A program made the translations under genes and the position numbers. From contig JADINA010000016.1 of NCBI GenBank assembly GCA_017694295.1, positions 10,552-74,551 on the forward strand: a stretch of 64,000 nucleotides of DNA, written 5' to 3'. Below the pieces are notes generated by a model that saw nothing but the letters and a program-made list of their open reading frames with translations, was not told the origin of the DNA and made no database searches. Every line of letters starts with the position of its first letter. Position 1 is the stretch's first letter. This document shows positions 24,226 to 33,710 of the stretch, piece after piece. This DNA is from Candidatus Alloenteromonas pullistercoris. Its GTDB lineage: Bacteria > Bacillota_I > Bacilli_A > RFN20 > CAG-826.

Positions 24226-25602
24226 TTACCCAAGCGACTTAAGGGAAATCGAGGCGACCTCAACCTCACCTTGGAAACAGAGGCTTCTATGGGTTGGGTA
24301 ATACTGGCTGGAGAAGGCGATTTCCCCATCGTTTAAATAAAAGTCATAGCAATAGCCATCGATGAGCAAAAGCAAATCGGATAGGCCTTGCTCGCCCAAA
24401 TAGATGGTTCTCCGCAACCCGTCTTTTTCCTCCAAATAGGCGGAACGCGATCGGCCGAAGGTGAGCTCGCTAGTAGAGGCGGAATAGGAAAGGACATACC
24501 CATCGACCTCGAGAAGGAAATCGCCCTTCCCCTTAAGCTTAATGGCGATTACGCGGTAGGCGGAATTATCGCCTTGATCGACTTCAAAGGATTTGCTTTC
24601 CCCTTTAAGGGCAAAAGGGGCGAAACGCGTCTCCTTCTTGAACTCATCGAGGATCGGTTTAGGCGGAAATTGCCGCAACACCCCGTTATCCGAAGCGATT
24701 TCCCTGATTTGCAGCGAATTCGCATAACCGTCCGTCGCCATCGGGTAATCCCGGTCCCACATCGCCTCCCAGCTGGCCAAATATAACCGCCCGTCGCCTA
24801 AATTCAATGGCTGAGGCGCATAGACGTCGAATCCGCAGTCGAGCTCCTCCTCTTCTTTTTCGGGGACGAAAACGCCTGAATCGAAATCGACCCTCCCGAA
24901 TTGGCAGACGGAATGGTTCTTGTTTTGGAAGTGGTATGGCGCCTTCTTGTGGCTTTGGGGCGAATAGAAGAGGATGGCCTCATCCGATGATGCATCGGGA
25001 AACACTATCCCCGGGCATTCCGCCATCCCGGAGCCAAAACCGTGAAAATCGGCAAACACAGAAAAGAAAGAGAAATCAATCCCGTCTTTGGAACGGAACA
25101 AAAGAAGCGAACACCCATTATCCATCTTTTTGCAGCCGACTAGCAGGTAAACATAGCCATGCCTATAGAAGGCGAAAGGATCGCGGAAGTCCTTGATTGA
25201 GTATCCTTCCGGAAGCTTGTCGCCATCGATTATCGGGTTATCCGAATGCTTGGAGAAAACCAAGCCGTCGTTTGATTGGGCGAGGCAAACGACCTGTTTC
25301 CCCTCCATCGCCCCGGTGTAATAAAGATGGAGGGTGCCCCCTATTTCCAAAGCCGATCCGGAGAAGCAACCCCAAGGGAGCTCGTAATCGCGCTCCGGGG
25401 ACAAGGCGATGCCCTCGTCTTTGTAAGTGAGGTTATCGTCAAAGGAAAAGGCAAGCCAATGCATCGGCCCCCAGGAGGTCGAATGCGGATAATGCTGGGC
25501 GAAAAGGCGCAGCTTCCCTTTGTATAGGCAAAAGCCGTTTGGGTCGTTGATCCAGCCCTTATCCGGGGTTGGATGGAACTTCGGCTTATATATCTTCTCC
25601 AT
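24226..25602 (-). CDS. GH32 beta-fructofuranosidase / sucrose-6-phosphate hydrolase, cytoplasmic
   Basis: GH32 motifs WINDPNG, FRDP and an EC-containing block (MAECPG). I trimmed the start to ATG 25602 (MEKIYKPKF, SD aggag), because the track ORF extension to 25827 overlaps the upstream gene and its terminator. Confidence 0.85.
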   Translation of the reverse strand: MEKIYKPKFHPTPDKGWINDPNGFCLYKGKLRLFAQHYPHSTSWGPMHWLAFSFDDNLTYKDEGIALSPERDYELPWGCFSGSALEIGGTLHLYYTGAMEGKQVVCLAQSNDGLVFSKHSDNPIIDGDKLPEGYSIKDFRDPFAFYRHGYVYLLVGCKKMDNGCSLLLFRSKDGIDFSFFSVFADFHGFGSGMAECPGIVFPDASSDEAILFYSPQSHKKAPYHFQNKNHSVCQFGRVDFDSGVFVPEKEEEELDCGFDVYAPQPLNLGDGRLYLASWEAMWDRDYPMATDGYANSLQIREIASDNGVLRQFPPKPILDEFKKETRFAPFALKGESKSFEVDQGDNSAYRVIAIKLKGKGDFLLEVDGYVLSYSASTSELTFGRSRSAYLEEKDGLRRTIYLGEQGLSDLLLLIDGYCYDFYLNDGEIAFSSQYYPTHRSLCFQGEVEVASISLKSLG

Positions 25603-25621
25603 TGCTTTTTGGCTCCTAAGC

Positions 25622-25654
25622 AAAGAAAACCCCTTAGGCAACGCGCCTAGGGGG
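25622..25654 (-). terminator. Rho-independent terminator after the alpha/beta-hydrolase gene
   Basis: The minus strand reads ccccctaggc gcgtt gcctaagggg ttttctttg. The stem matches at 9 of 10 positions and is followed by a U-run. Confidence 0.6.
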
Positions 25655-25660
25655 CGAAAC

Positions 25661-26563
25661 TCACTTCCCTTCCTCGAGGAAGCGGAGGACGTCGTCGTAG
25701 ACTTCCTGCTTTTTCTCCTCGTTAAGCACCTCGTGGCGCATATTCGGATAAAGGTGGAGGACGACTTTGAGGCCCCGGGCTTTGTATTGGTCGCGAAGCC
25801 AAAGAAGGCCGCTTCCAAATTGCCCAACCGGGTCTTCCTTCCCCGAGATTATAAGCACCTCGGCTTCCGGGGAGATTCTATCCATGTTGGGTTTATCCCA
25901 AATATGAGCCATCTCCTCGAAGAAACCCATCCAGAAGCCGTGGGTATTGGGGACTCCGCAATAGGGATCGGCGATGTAATCGGCGACGTTTTTCTCGTCA
26001 TAGCTAAGCCAATCGAAATCGGTTTTGGCGCTGGCGACGGCTTTGGCATAGGAATCGAAAGCCAGCTTGTTCAATAGTTTGGCGGGCTTATCGACGTTTT
26101 TCTTGGTGGTGGTCAATTTGGCGATGGCCTTCCCCGCCTTCATCAATGCCCTTTGCCCGCCATTGGACCCGCAAAGGATGATCTTCTTAGCGTCACTAGG
26201 GTAAAGCTGCATGTGCCTTTGCACCATGAACGAGCCCGTCGAATGCCCCATCAAAGCCAAAGGCAACCCGTCTTTCTCGGCAAGTTTGACCATCATATTG
26301 ATGGCCTCGACCGTCTTGGCGAAGCCGTGCTCGCTCCACTTTTGGCAATCCTCGGGGCTTGTGGCGTTAAGCCCCTGCCCCATTAGGTCGAGGACGTAGA
26401 CGTCGATGCCTTTACAGTTTAGGAAGGAGGCGAAATCCTTGTAGCGGAGCGAATGCTCGCACATCCCGGTGATGAGGCAAAGGGTCATCTTCGCCCCCTT
26501 GGCTTCGTAATGGCGGCCTTTGAATGCCTCCCCGGATTGGATGGTGACTTCGAACTCTTTCAT
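25661..26563 (-). CDS. Alpha/beta hydrolase (lysophospholipase / monoacylglycerol-lipase-like)
   Basis: Nucleophile elbow GHSTGS. 300 aa. HE(V/L)LNE-type C-terminal His motif (MRHEVLNE). Confidence 0.75.
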   Translation of the reverse strand: MKEFEVTIQSGEAFKGRHYEAKGAKMTLCLITGMCEHSLRYKDFASFLNCKGIDVYVLDLMGQGLNATSPEDCQKWSEHGFAKTVEAINMMVKLAEKDGLPLALMGHSTGSFMVQRHMQLYPSDAKKIILCGSNGGQRALMKAGKAIAKLTTTKKNVDKPAKLLNKLAFDSYAKAVASAKTDFDWLSYDEKNVADYIADPYCGVPNTHGFWMGFFEEMAHIWDKPNMDRISPEAEVLIISGKEDPVGQFGSGLLWLRDQYKARGLKVVLHLYPNMRHEVLNEEKKQEVYDDVLRFLEEGK

Positions 26564-26582
26564 GTTGGGCTCCTTTTTCTAA

Positions 26583-27593
26583 TTAAATCCCGTTCGGGTT
26601 TTTCCTTTGGAAATTGTAGGCGTCGAGGCAGGCGTCTTTGACGCTTAGCTTGGCCTCAAAGCCCAGTTCGCGTTTGGCCTTGTCGCAATTGGCGTAGTTC
26701 TCCGCCACATCGCCAGGCCGCCTTGGGGCGATGACATAGGGGATCTTGACGCCGTTAGCCTCCTCGAAAGCCCTCACGAGCTCCAAAACCGAGGTGCCTT
26801 TGCCGGTTCCGAGGTTATAGACGACAAGCCCCGGGTTTTCCCTAAGCTTATTAAGGGTCAGCACATGGCCTTTAGCCAAATCGAGGACATGGATGTAATC
26901 GCGGACCCCGGTCCCGTCGACGGTCGGATAATCGTTTCCGAAAACCTTTAGGCAGGGCAATTTCCCAATCGCCACCTGGCTGACAAAGGGCAATAGGTTG
27001 TTGGGGATGCCGTTTGGGTCTTCGCCAAGCAATCCCGAGGGATGGGCGCCGATCGGGTTGAAGTAACGGAGCAAGGCGGCGTTGAATGAGGAATCGGCTT
27101 TGCAGGCATCCTCGATGATCCGCTCGATCATGACCTTCGTCTCCCCGTAGGGGTTGGTGGCGCTTTCGACGGGGTCAGTTTCGTATAAGGGGACGCGCTT
27201 AGGCGTGCCATAAACGGTGGCCGAAGAGGAGAAGACGAGGTTTTTGACCCTATATTCCTTCATAAGGCGCAGCAAGTTGCAGGTCGAGATTAGGTTATTC
27301 GAATAGTACTCGATGGGCTTGCTGACCGATTCCCCCACCGCCTTTAGCCCGGCGAAGTGGATGACGGCGTCGAACCTGTTTTCCTCAAAGACCTTCTTGA
27401 AGGCTGAATAATCGCAGCAATCGACTTGATAAAAAGAAGGACGCTTGCCGGTGATTTCCCCAATCCGGTCTATGACCTCTTTTTTGGAATTGGAAAGGTT
27501 ATCGACGATGACCGCCTCGTGGCCATTTTGCAGCAGCTCGATGACGGTCTCGCTTCCGATGAAGCCGGTTCCCCCGGTGACTAACACTCGCAT
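26583..27593 (-). CDS. galE: UDP-glucose 4-epimerase
   Basis: MRVLVTGGTGFIGS. YGxxK region (YGETKVMIERI). Full-length collinearity with GalE (336 aa). Confidence 0.9.
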   Translation of the reverse strand: MRVLVTGGTGFIGSETVIELLQNGHEAVIVDNLSNSKKEVIDRIGEITGKRPSFYQVDCCDYSAFKKVFEENRFDAVIHFAGLKAVGESVSKPIEYYSNNLISTCNLLRLMKEYRVKNLVFSSSATVYGTPKRVPLYETDPVESATNPYGETKVMIERIIEDACKADSSFNAALLRYFNPIGAHPSGLLGEDPNGIPNNLLPFVSQVAIGKLPCLKVFGNDYPTVDGTGVRDYIHVLDLAKGHVLTLNKLRENPGLVVYNLGTGKGTSVLELVRAFEEANGVKIPYVIAPRRPGDVAENYANCDKAKRELGFEAKLSVKDACLDAYNFQRKNPNGI

Positions 27594-27605
27594 GGCTTTT
27601 CTCCT

Positions 27606-28394
27606 TTATATCTTACCTTGCTTTTTGGCTTTTTTGAGTTCGGCCTTCTCTTCCTTTTGCTTTTTCTTTTTCTCGGCCTTGGCCATCTTGCTTTCCTTGG
27701 CTTTGCTCTCTTCCTTCTCCTCGGCTAAGCGCTTGGCTTCCTTCTTGCCTTCGCTTTCGAGTTTCTTCTCGTCCTTCCCGCTGGCAACCGCCTTCTCCCG
27801 ATCGACGGGGGCATTTTGCCGAAGCGCCTCGATGATGTATTGGCTAAGCAGCTTGTTGGCTTGGGCCTGAATGGCCAAATGCAAAGCCAATAGGCCAAGG
27901 GAATCGGCGGCGTTCTGGTCGGCGTTTTTGCCTTTGCGTCCGCTTTCTAGCTTATGGCGCTTGGCGATTTCCTCCACCCGCGAGGAGGTCTTCTTGGCCA
28001 TGTCGGAAAGGATCCCGGTCTCAAGGTCGCAAAAAAAGGCATAAAGCCTTTCCTTGCTTGGAGACACCCCTTCATCCATATCAAGCAATACCGAGACGTC
28101 GGAAATGGTGAGGGTGCTTTTCAATAGGCAAATGCCGATAAGATAGCCGATCTGATCGCGGGAGTAGCGCTTCTTCACCGGCTCATCGATGAGCTTGGCC
28201 TTGACGTAATTGTTGACCATGAAGGAGGTGAGGGCCTTCTCCGAATTGGGATGGAGGGAGGAAAGGGCCCCGTTGACGAAGCTAAGCACCTGCTCCATGT
28301 AAAGCTCGACCGAGGGGAGCTCTTTGTATTTGGGAAGGCTGAAAGAGGCGATTTCCCTTAAATACCTTTGCAATTCCTCGATCGTTTTCTTCAT
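27606..28394 (-). CDS. DUF1836-like protein with a long Lys/Glu-rich C-terminal tail
   Basis: The N-terminal region PKYKELPSVELYMEQVLSFVN...LTSFMVNNYVKAKLIDEPVKKRYSRDQIGYLI matches my memory of the DUF1836 signature. Tail ...KKEAKRLAEEKEESKAKESKMAKAEKKKKQKEEKAELKKAKKQGKI. I moved the start to ATG 28394. Confidence 0.55.
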   Translation of the reverse strand: MKKTIEELQRYLREIASFSLPKYKELPSVELYMEQVLSFVNGALSSLHPNSEKALTSFMVNNYVKAKLIDEPVKKRYSRDQIGYLIGICLLKSTLTISDVSVLLDMDEGVSPSKERLYAFFCDLETGILSDMAKKTSSRVEEIAKRHKLESGRKGKNADQNAADSLGLLALHLAIQAQANKLLSQYIIEALRQNAPVDREKAVASGKDEKKLESEGKKEAKRLAEEKEESKAKESKMAKAEKKKKQKEEKAELKKAKKQGKI

Positions 28395-28395
28395 T

Positions 28396-29823
28396 TCAGC
28401 GTTTTGAGAGCTCCTCATTCATTATCTTCGCGACCGCTTGGGGGTTGGCCTTCCCTTTGGAAAGCTTCATAACCTGGCCGATCAAAAAGCCCGAGGCCCG
28501 CCCTTTGCCGGCTTTGAAGTCGGCGATCGACTGCGGGTTGGCGTCAAGCACCTGGCTGACAAGGGATAAAATCGCCCCGTCGTCGCTGATTTGCTTTTCG
28601 ATGTGCAGCTCTTCCTTGGCGCTTACTGGGGCAACGCCCTTGTCAAGGCAATAGGAGAGGATGTCGGCGCATTGCTTATGGGAGTAGCCTTCCTCCTGAT
28701 AGGCGGCGATTTCCCTTAAGGCGGAGGGTTCAAGGGGGAATTCCTTAATGGAAATCCCGTTTTTGTTCAAATATCCGTTGACCTCGACGATGAGGAAGTT
28801 GGCGATGGTTTTGACGAAACTGACGCCCTCGATGGCTTTTTCGAAATAGGAGGCGAAGTCAAGGGAGGAAAGGATGATCTCGGCGTCTTTCTCCGGGAGC
28901 CCGTAAGTGAGATAACGCATCTTCTTCGAATCGTAAAGCTCAGGGCAGGTGGCGATGGCCTGCTCAACGAACTCCTCGCTTAACTGGATCGGGGCGATGT
29001 TGGGCTCGGGGAAGTATTTGTAGTCGACCGCGTCGGTTTTAACCCTCATCAAGACGGTTTTCCCGCTTGATTCGTCATAGCGGCGCGTCTCCTGCCTAAT
29101 CGGGGTGGAGGAAAGAAGGCAGGCGGCTTGGCGCTTGATCTCGTAATCGAGGGCCTGCTCGATGTTCTTTATGGAGTTGAGGTTTTTCAACTCGACCTTC
29201 GTCCCGAATTCCTCGCTTCCATAAGGGCGAAGCGAGACGTTGACGTCGCAGCGGAGCGATCCCTCCTCCATCTTGCCGTCGCTTGTTAGGGAATAGACGA
29301 CGATGTTGCGGATGGCCTCGACGTAATGCATGGCCTCGGTCCCGCTTCTTAAGTCGGGGCAGGAGACGATCTCGACCAATGGGGTCCCGGCCCTATTGTA
29401 GTCAAGGAGGCTGCAATCGGGGAAATGCAGCTGCTTGCACGTATCCTCCTCCATGTGGATCCGCTCGATGCGGATGCGCTTGGTCTTGCCCTCCTCGTCG
29501 AGGATATCCAAATAGCCATCCCGCCCGATGGGGTGGAATTGCTGGGTGATTTGGAAGCCCTTGGGCAAATCGGAATAGAAATAGTTCTTCCTGTCGAAGC
29601 GGATGTTCGGGTCGATGGTCATATGCAAGGCCGAGGCGACGCGGATGGCGTTGATGACGGCTTGCTTGTTGACCCGGGGCATCGTCCCGGGGAAGGCCAT
29701 GTCAAAGGGGGTGACCTCGCTATTGGGGAGGCGGGAGAAGGAATTGGGCGAGCCGGAGAACATCTTCGACTTTGTCTTCATCTGGACGTGGATCTCAAGC
29801 CCGATGACCGGTTCGAAATTCAT
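28396..29823 (-). CDS. gatB: Asp/Glu-tRNA(Asn/Gln) amidotransferase subunit B
   Basis: MNFEPVIGLEIHVQMKTKSKMF and full-length GatB collinearity. A 4-nt overlap with gatA. Confidence 0.95.
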   Translation of the reverse strand: MNFEPVIGLEIHVQMKTKSKMFSGSPNSFSRLPNSEVTPFDMAFPGTMPRVNKQAVINAIRVASALHMTIDPNIRFDRKNYFYSDLPKGFQITQQFHPIGRDGYLDILDEEGKTKRIRIERIHMEEDTCKQLHFPDCSLLDYNRAGTPLVEIVSCPDLRSGTEAMHYVEAIRNIVVYSLTSDGKMEEGSLRCDVNVSLRPYGSEEFGTKVELKNLNSIKNIEQALDYEIKRQAACLLSSTPIRQETRRYDESSGKTVLMRVKTDAVDYKYFPEPNIAPIQLSEEFVEQAIATCPELYDSKKMRYLTYGLPEKDAEIILSSLDFASYFEKAIEGVSFVKTIANFLIVEVNGYLNKNGISIKEFPLEPSALREIAAYQEEGYSHKQCADILSYCLDKGVAPVSAKEELHIEKQISDDGAILSLVSQVLDANPQSIADFKAGKGRASGFLIGQVMKLSKGKANPQAVAKIMNEELSKR

Positions 29824-31289
29824 AGATTGCCCTCCTTTTTGGCATAGACGCTTAACCCAGCTAACCCGGTTAACTCCTCAATGCCCTTGGCCAAGGCGAA
29901 TAGCTCGTCCTCGGCAAAGGCCTTGCCCATCAAATTGATGCCTAAGGGCATGCCATCATGGAAGGCATAAGGCAAGGTGATGGAGGGAAGCCCAGAGAAA
30001 TTGCCTAAGGCCAAATGGTTGTCGGCTATTAGGTATTCACTCGACAGCCGATCGGAGGCCGAATTAAACTTCGGGGCGATCGATGGGGCGGCCGGGACGA
30101 GGATGGCGTCGACGCCCTCTAAAAGGGAATTGACCTTCTCGACTATCTTCGCCCTATTCCGCTGGGCCCGGAGGAAAAGATCCTCCTGGTTTTCCTTCAT
30201 AAGGGCGAACGAGCCGATGACGAAGCGGCGTTTGATAAGCTCGGAGAAGCCCTTGGTCCGGGCGTTGGCCATGACCTCTTGGTAGGAGGCCCCGCCGTAA
30301 TAGGGCCCGAATTTGATGCCGTCGAGGTTGGCGTCGTTGCTGGTGGCCTCGGCGCAGGAGATGACGATGTAGGTCGCATAGATCGAACGGAGCAATTCAA
30401 GACCAAAGGGGGCGTAGACGACTTCGGCCCCTTCTTTTTCAATGGCTTTGACCAAGGCGAGGAATTTCTCCTTGTTAACCGCGTCGTCGATCGAATCGAT
30501 GATCTCCTGAATAACAAGCAGCTTCTTCCCTTTTATCCCCTCCCCTAGCTTGGCCGTGTAATCCTTTACCATCTCAAAGGAGGAGGTGAAATCCATCTCA
30601 TCATGGCCGGCGAGGGCGTTAAACAAGATGGCGGCGTCCTCGACGTAATGGGTGAAATAGCCGACGTGGTCGAGGCTCGGGGCAAAGGGGAAAAGCCCAT
30701 AACGGGAAATCCTCCCCCAGGTTGGCTTAAAGCCGACTAACCCAGCGAAGCTTGCCGGCTTCCTGACGGAGTCGCCGGTGTCCGAGCCAGTGGCAAAAAC
30801 CGCGTCCCCATGGGCAAGCGAGGCGGCTGAGCCGCAGCTAGAGCCCCCGACCATCCGCTCGTGGCTTGGGTCAAAGGGGTTAAAGGTTTTCCCTTTATGG
30901 CCGGTCGTGCCCGTTCCGCCCATGGCGAGCTCATCCAAGGTCGTTTTCGCAAGAAGGAGGCACTTCCTCTCCTTTAGTTTTTTGACGACGCTCGCGTCGA
31001 ATAGGGGCACGTATCCATTGAGGATATTGCTTGAGGCCGTGGTCTCAATACCCTTGGTGGAGAAGTTATCCTTGCAAACATAAGGTATTCCCCACAAAAG
31101 GTTGTCTTCCTCAAATGGGCCGATTTTTGCGGCCTCTTGCCGCGCTTGATCTAGCAAAACCGCCTCAAACGCGTTGCAATCGTCGCTTTCGATGCGCTTT
31201 GCCGCCTCCTCGACCAATTCAAGCGGGCTCACCCGCCCCTCGCCGAGGGCCTTATGTATTTCCCTGATGGGCAAATCCAAATATCCCAT
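29820..31289 (-). CDS. gatA: Glutamyl-tRNA(Gln) amidotransferase subunit A
   Basis: Amidase signature GGSSCGSAASLA...GSDTGDSVRKPA. I trimmed the start to ATG 31289 (MGYLDLPIREIHKAL), because the track extension overlaps gatC. Confidence 0.95.
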   Translation of the reverse strand: MGYLDLPIREIHKALGEGRVSPLELVEEAAKRIESDDCNAFEAVLLDQARQEAAKIGPFEEDNLLWGIPYVCKDNFSTKGIETTASSNILNGYVPLFDASVVKKLKERKCLLLAKTTLDELAMGGTGTTGHKGKTFNPFDPSHERMVGGSSCGSAASLAHGDAVFATGSDTGDSVRKPASFAGLVGFKPTWGRISRYGLFPFAPSLDHVGYFTHYVEDAAILFNALAGHDEMDFTSSFEMVKDYTAKLGEGIKGKKLLVIQEIIDSIDDAVNKEKFLALVKAIEKEGAEVVYAPFGLELLRSIYATYIVISCAEATSNDANLDGIKFGPYYGGASYQEVMANARTKGFSELIKRRFVIGSFALMKENQEDLFLRAQRNRAKIVEKVNSLLEGVDAILVPAAPSIAPKFNSASDRLSSEYLIADNHLALGNFSGLPSITLPYAFHDGMPLGINLMGKAFAEDELFALAKGIEELTGLAGLSVYAKKEGNL

Positions 31290-31294
31290 TTTCC

Positions 31295-31591
31295 TCACCC
31301 CACGACTTTCGGCAGCTTTATCTGCCCTTCGGACACCGACCCAGCGTTGCGTAGCGCCTCTTCCGGAGTCAAAGGCTCCTCCGGCACGTCTTCGCGCAGA
31401 TACGAGGTATGGCAATCAAATGGGAAGGTCATCGGCTCGTAACTCTCAAGTCCGGGGATTTTCCCAATCGTCTCCATTTGCTTGGTCAACACGTCGAATT
31501 CCTGGAGCAAGGTGTCGTATTCCTCCTCCGACATGTCGAATAACAGCCGCCTGGCGGCGTCTTTTAGCACGTCTTTGTCAATCTGTTTCAT
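31295..31591 (-). CDS. gatC: Glutamyl-tRNA(Gln) amidotransferase subunit C
   Basis: 98 aa. GatC-like sequence (DAARRLLFDMSEEEYDTLLQEFDVLTKQMETI) and the gatCAB gene order. Confidence 0.9.
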   Translation of the reverse strand: MKQIDKDVLKDAARRLLFDMSEEEYDTLLQEFDVLTKQMETIGKIPGLESYEPMTFPFDCHTSYLREDVPEEPLTPEEALRNAGSVSEGQIKLPKVVG

Positions 31592-31624
31592 ATCCGTTCC
31601 TGCATAGCCAAGACTAAGTATAGC

Positions 31625-33658
<2,034 letters not shown>

Positions 33659-33710
33659 CTAAATTTGCTTAATTGTAGACTATCCGCGCGTTAAAGACAA
33701 AGGCGCGGTT

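Noticed and set aside
25655-25700. RAT-type antiterminator target overlapping the terminator upstream of GH32 (by analogy with sacB/sacPA)
   Set aside because: The sequence 5' of the hairpin (gtcctccgcttcctcgaggaagggaagtgagtttcg) shows no resemblance to the RAT consensus as I recall it, and no BglG/SacY-type gene is in the window.
25603-25827. N-terminal extensions in the track ORFs: GH32 to 25827, gatA to 31415, ThiT to 46132, GT4 to 50560, pcrA to 36044, ung to 46884, tsaE to 43021
   Set aside because: The extensions overlap upstream genes, a terminator or the TPP riboswitch. They begin at non-ATG or SD-less codons and have implausible composition. Internal ATGs with good SDs give N-termini typical of each family.
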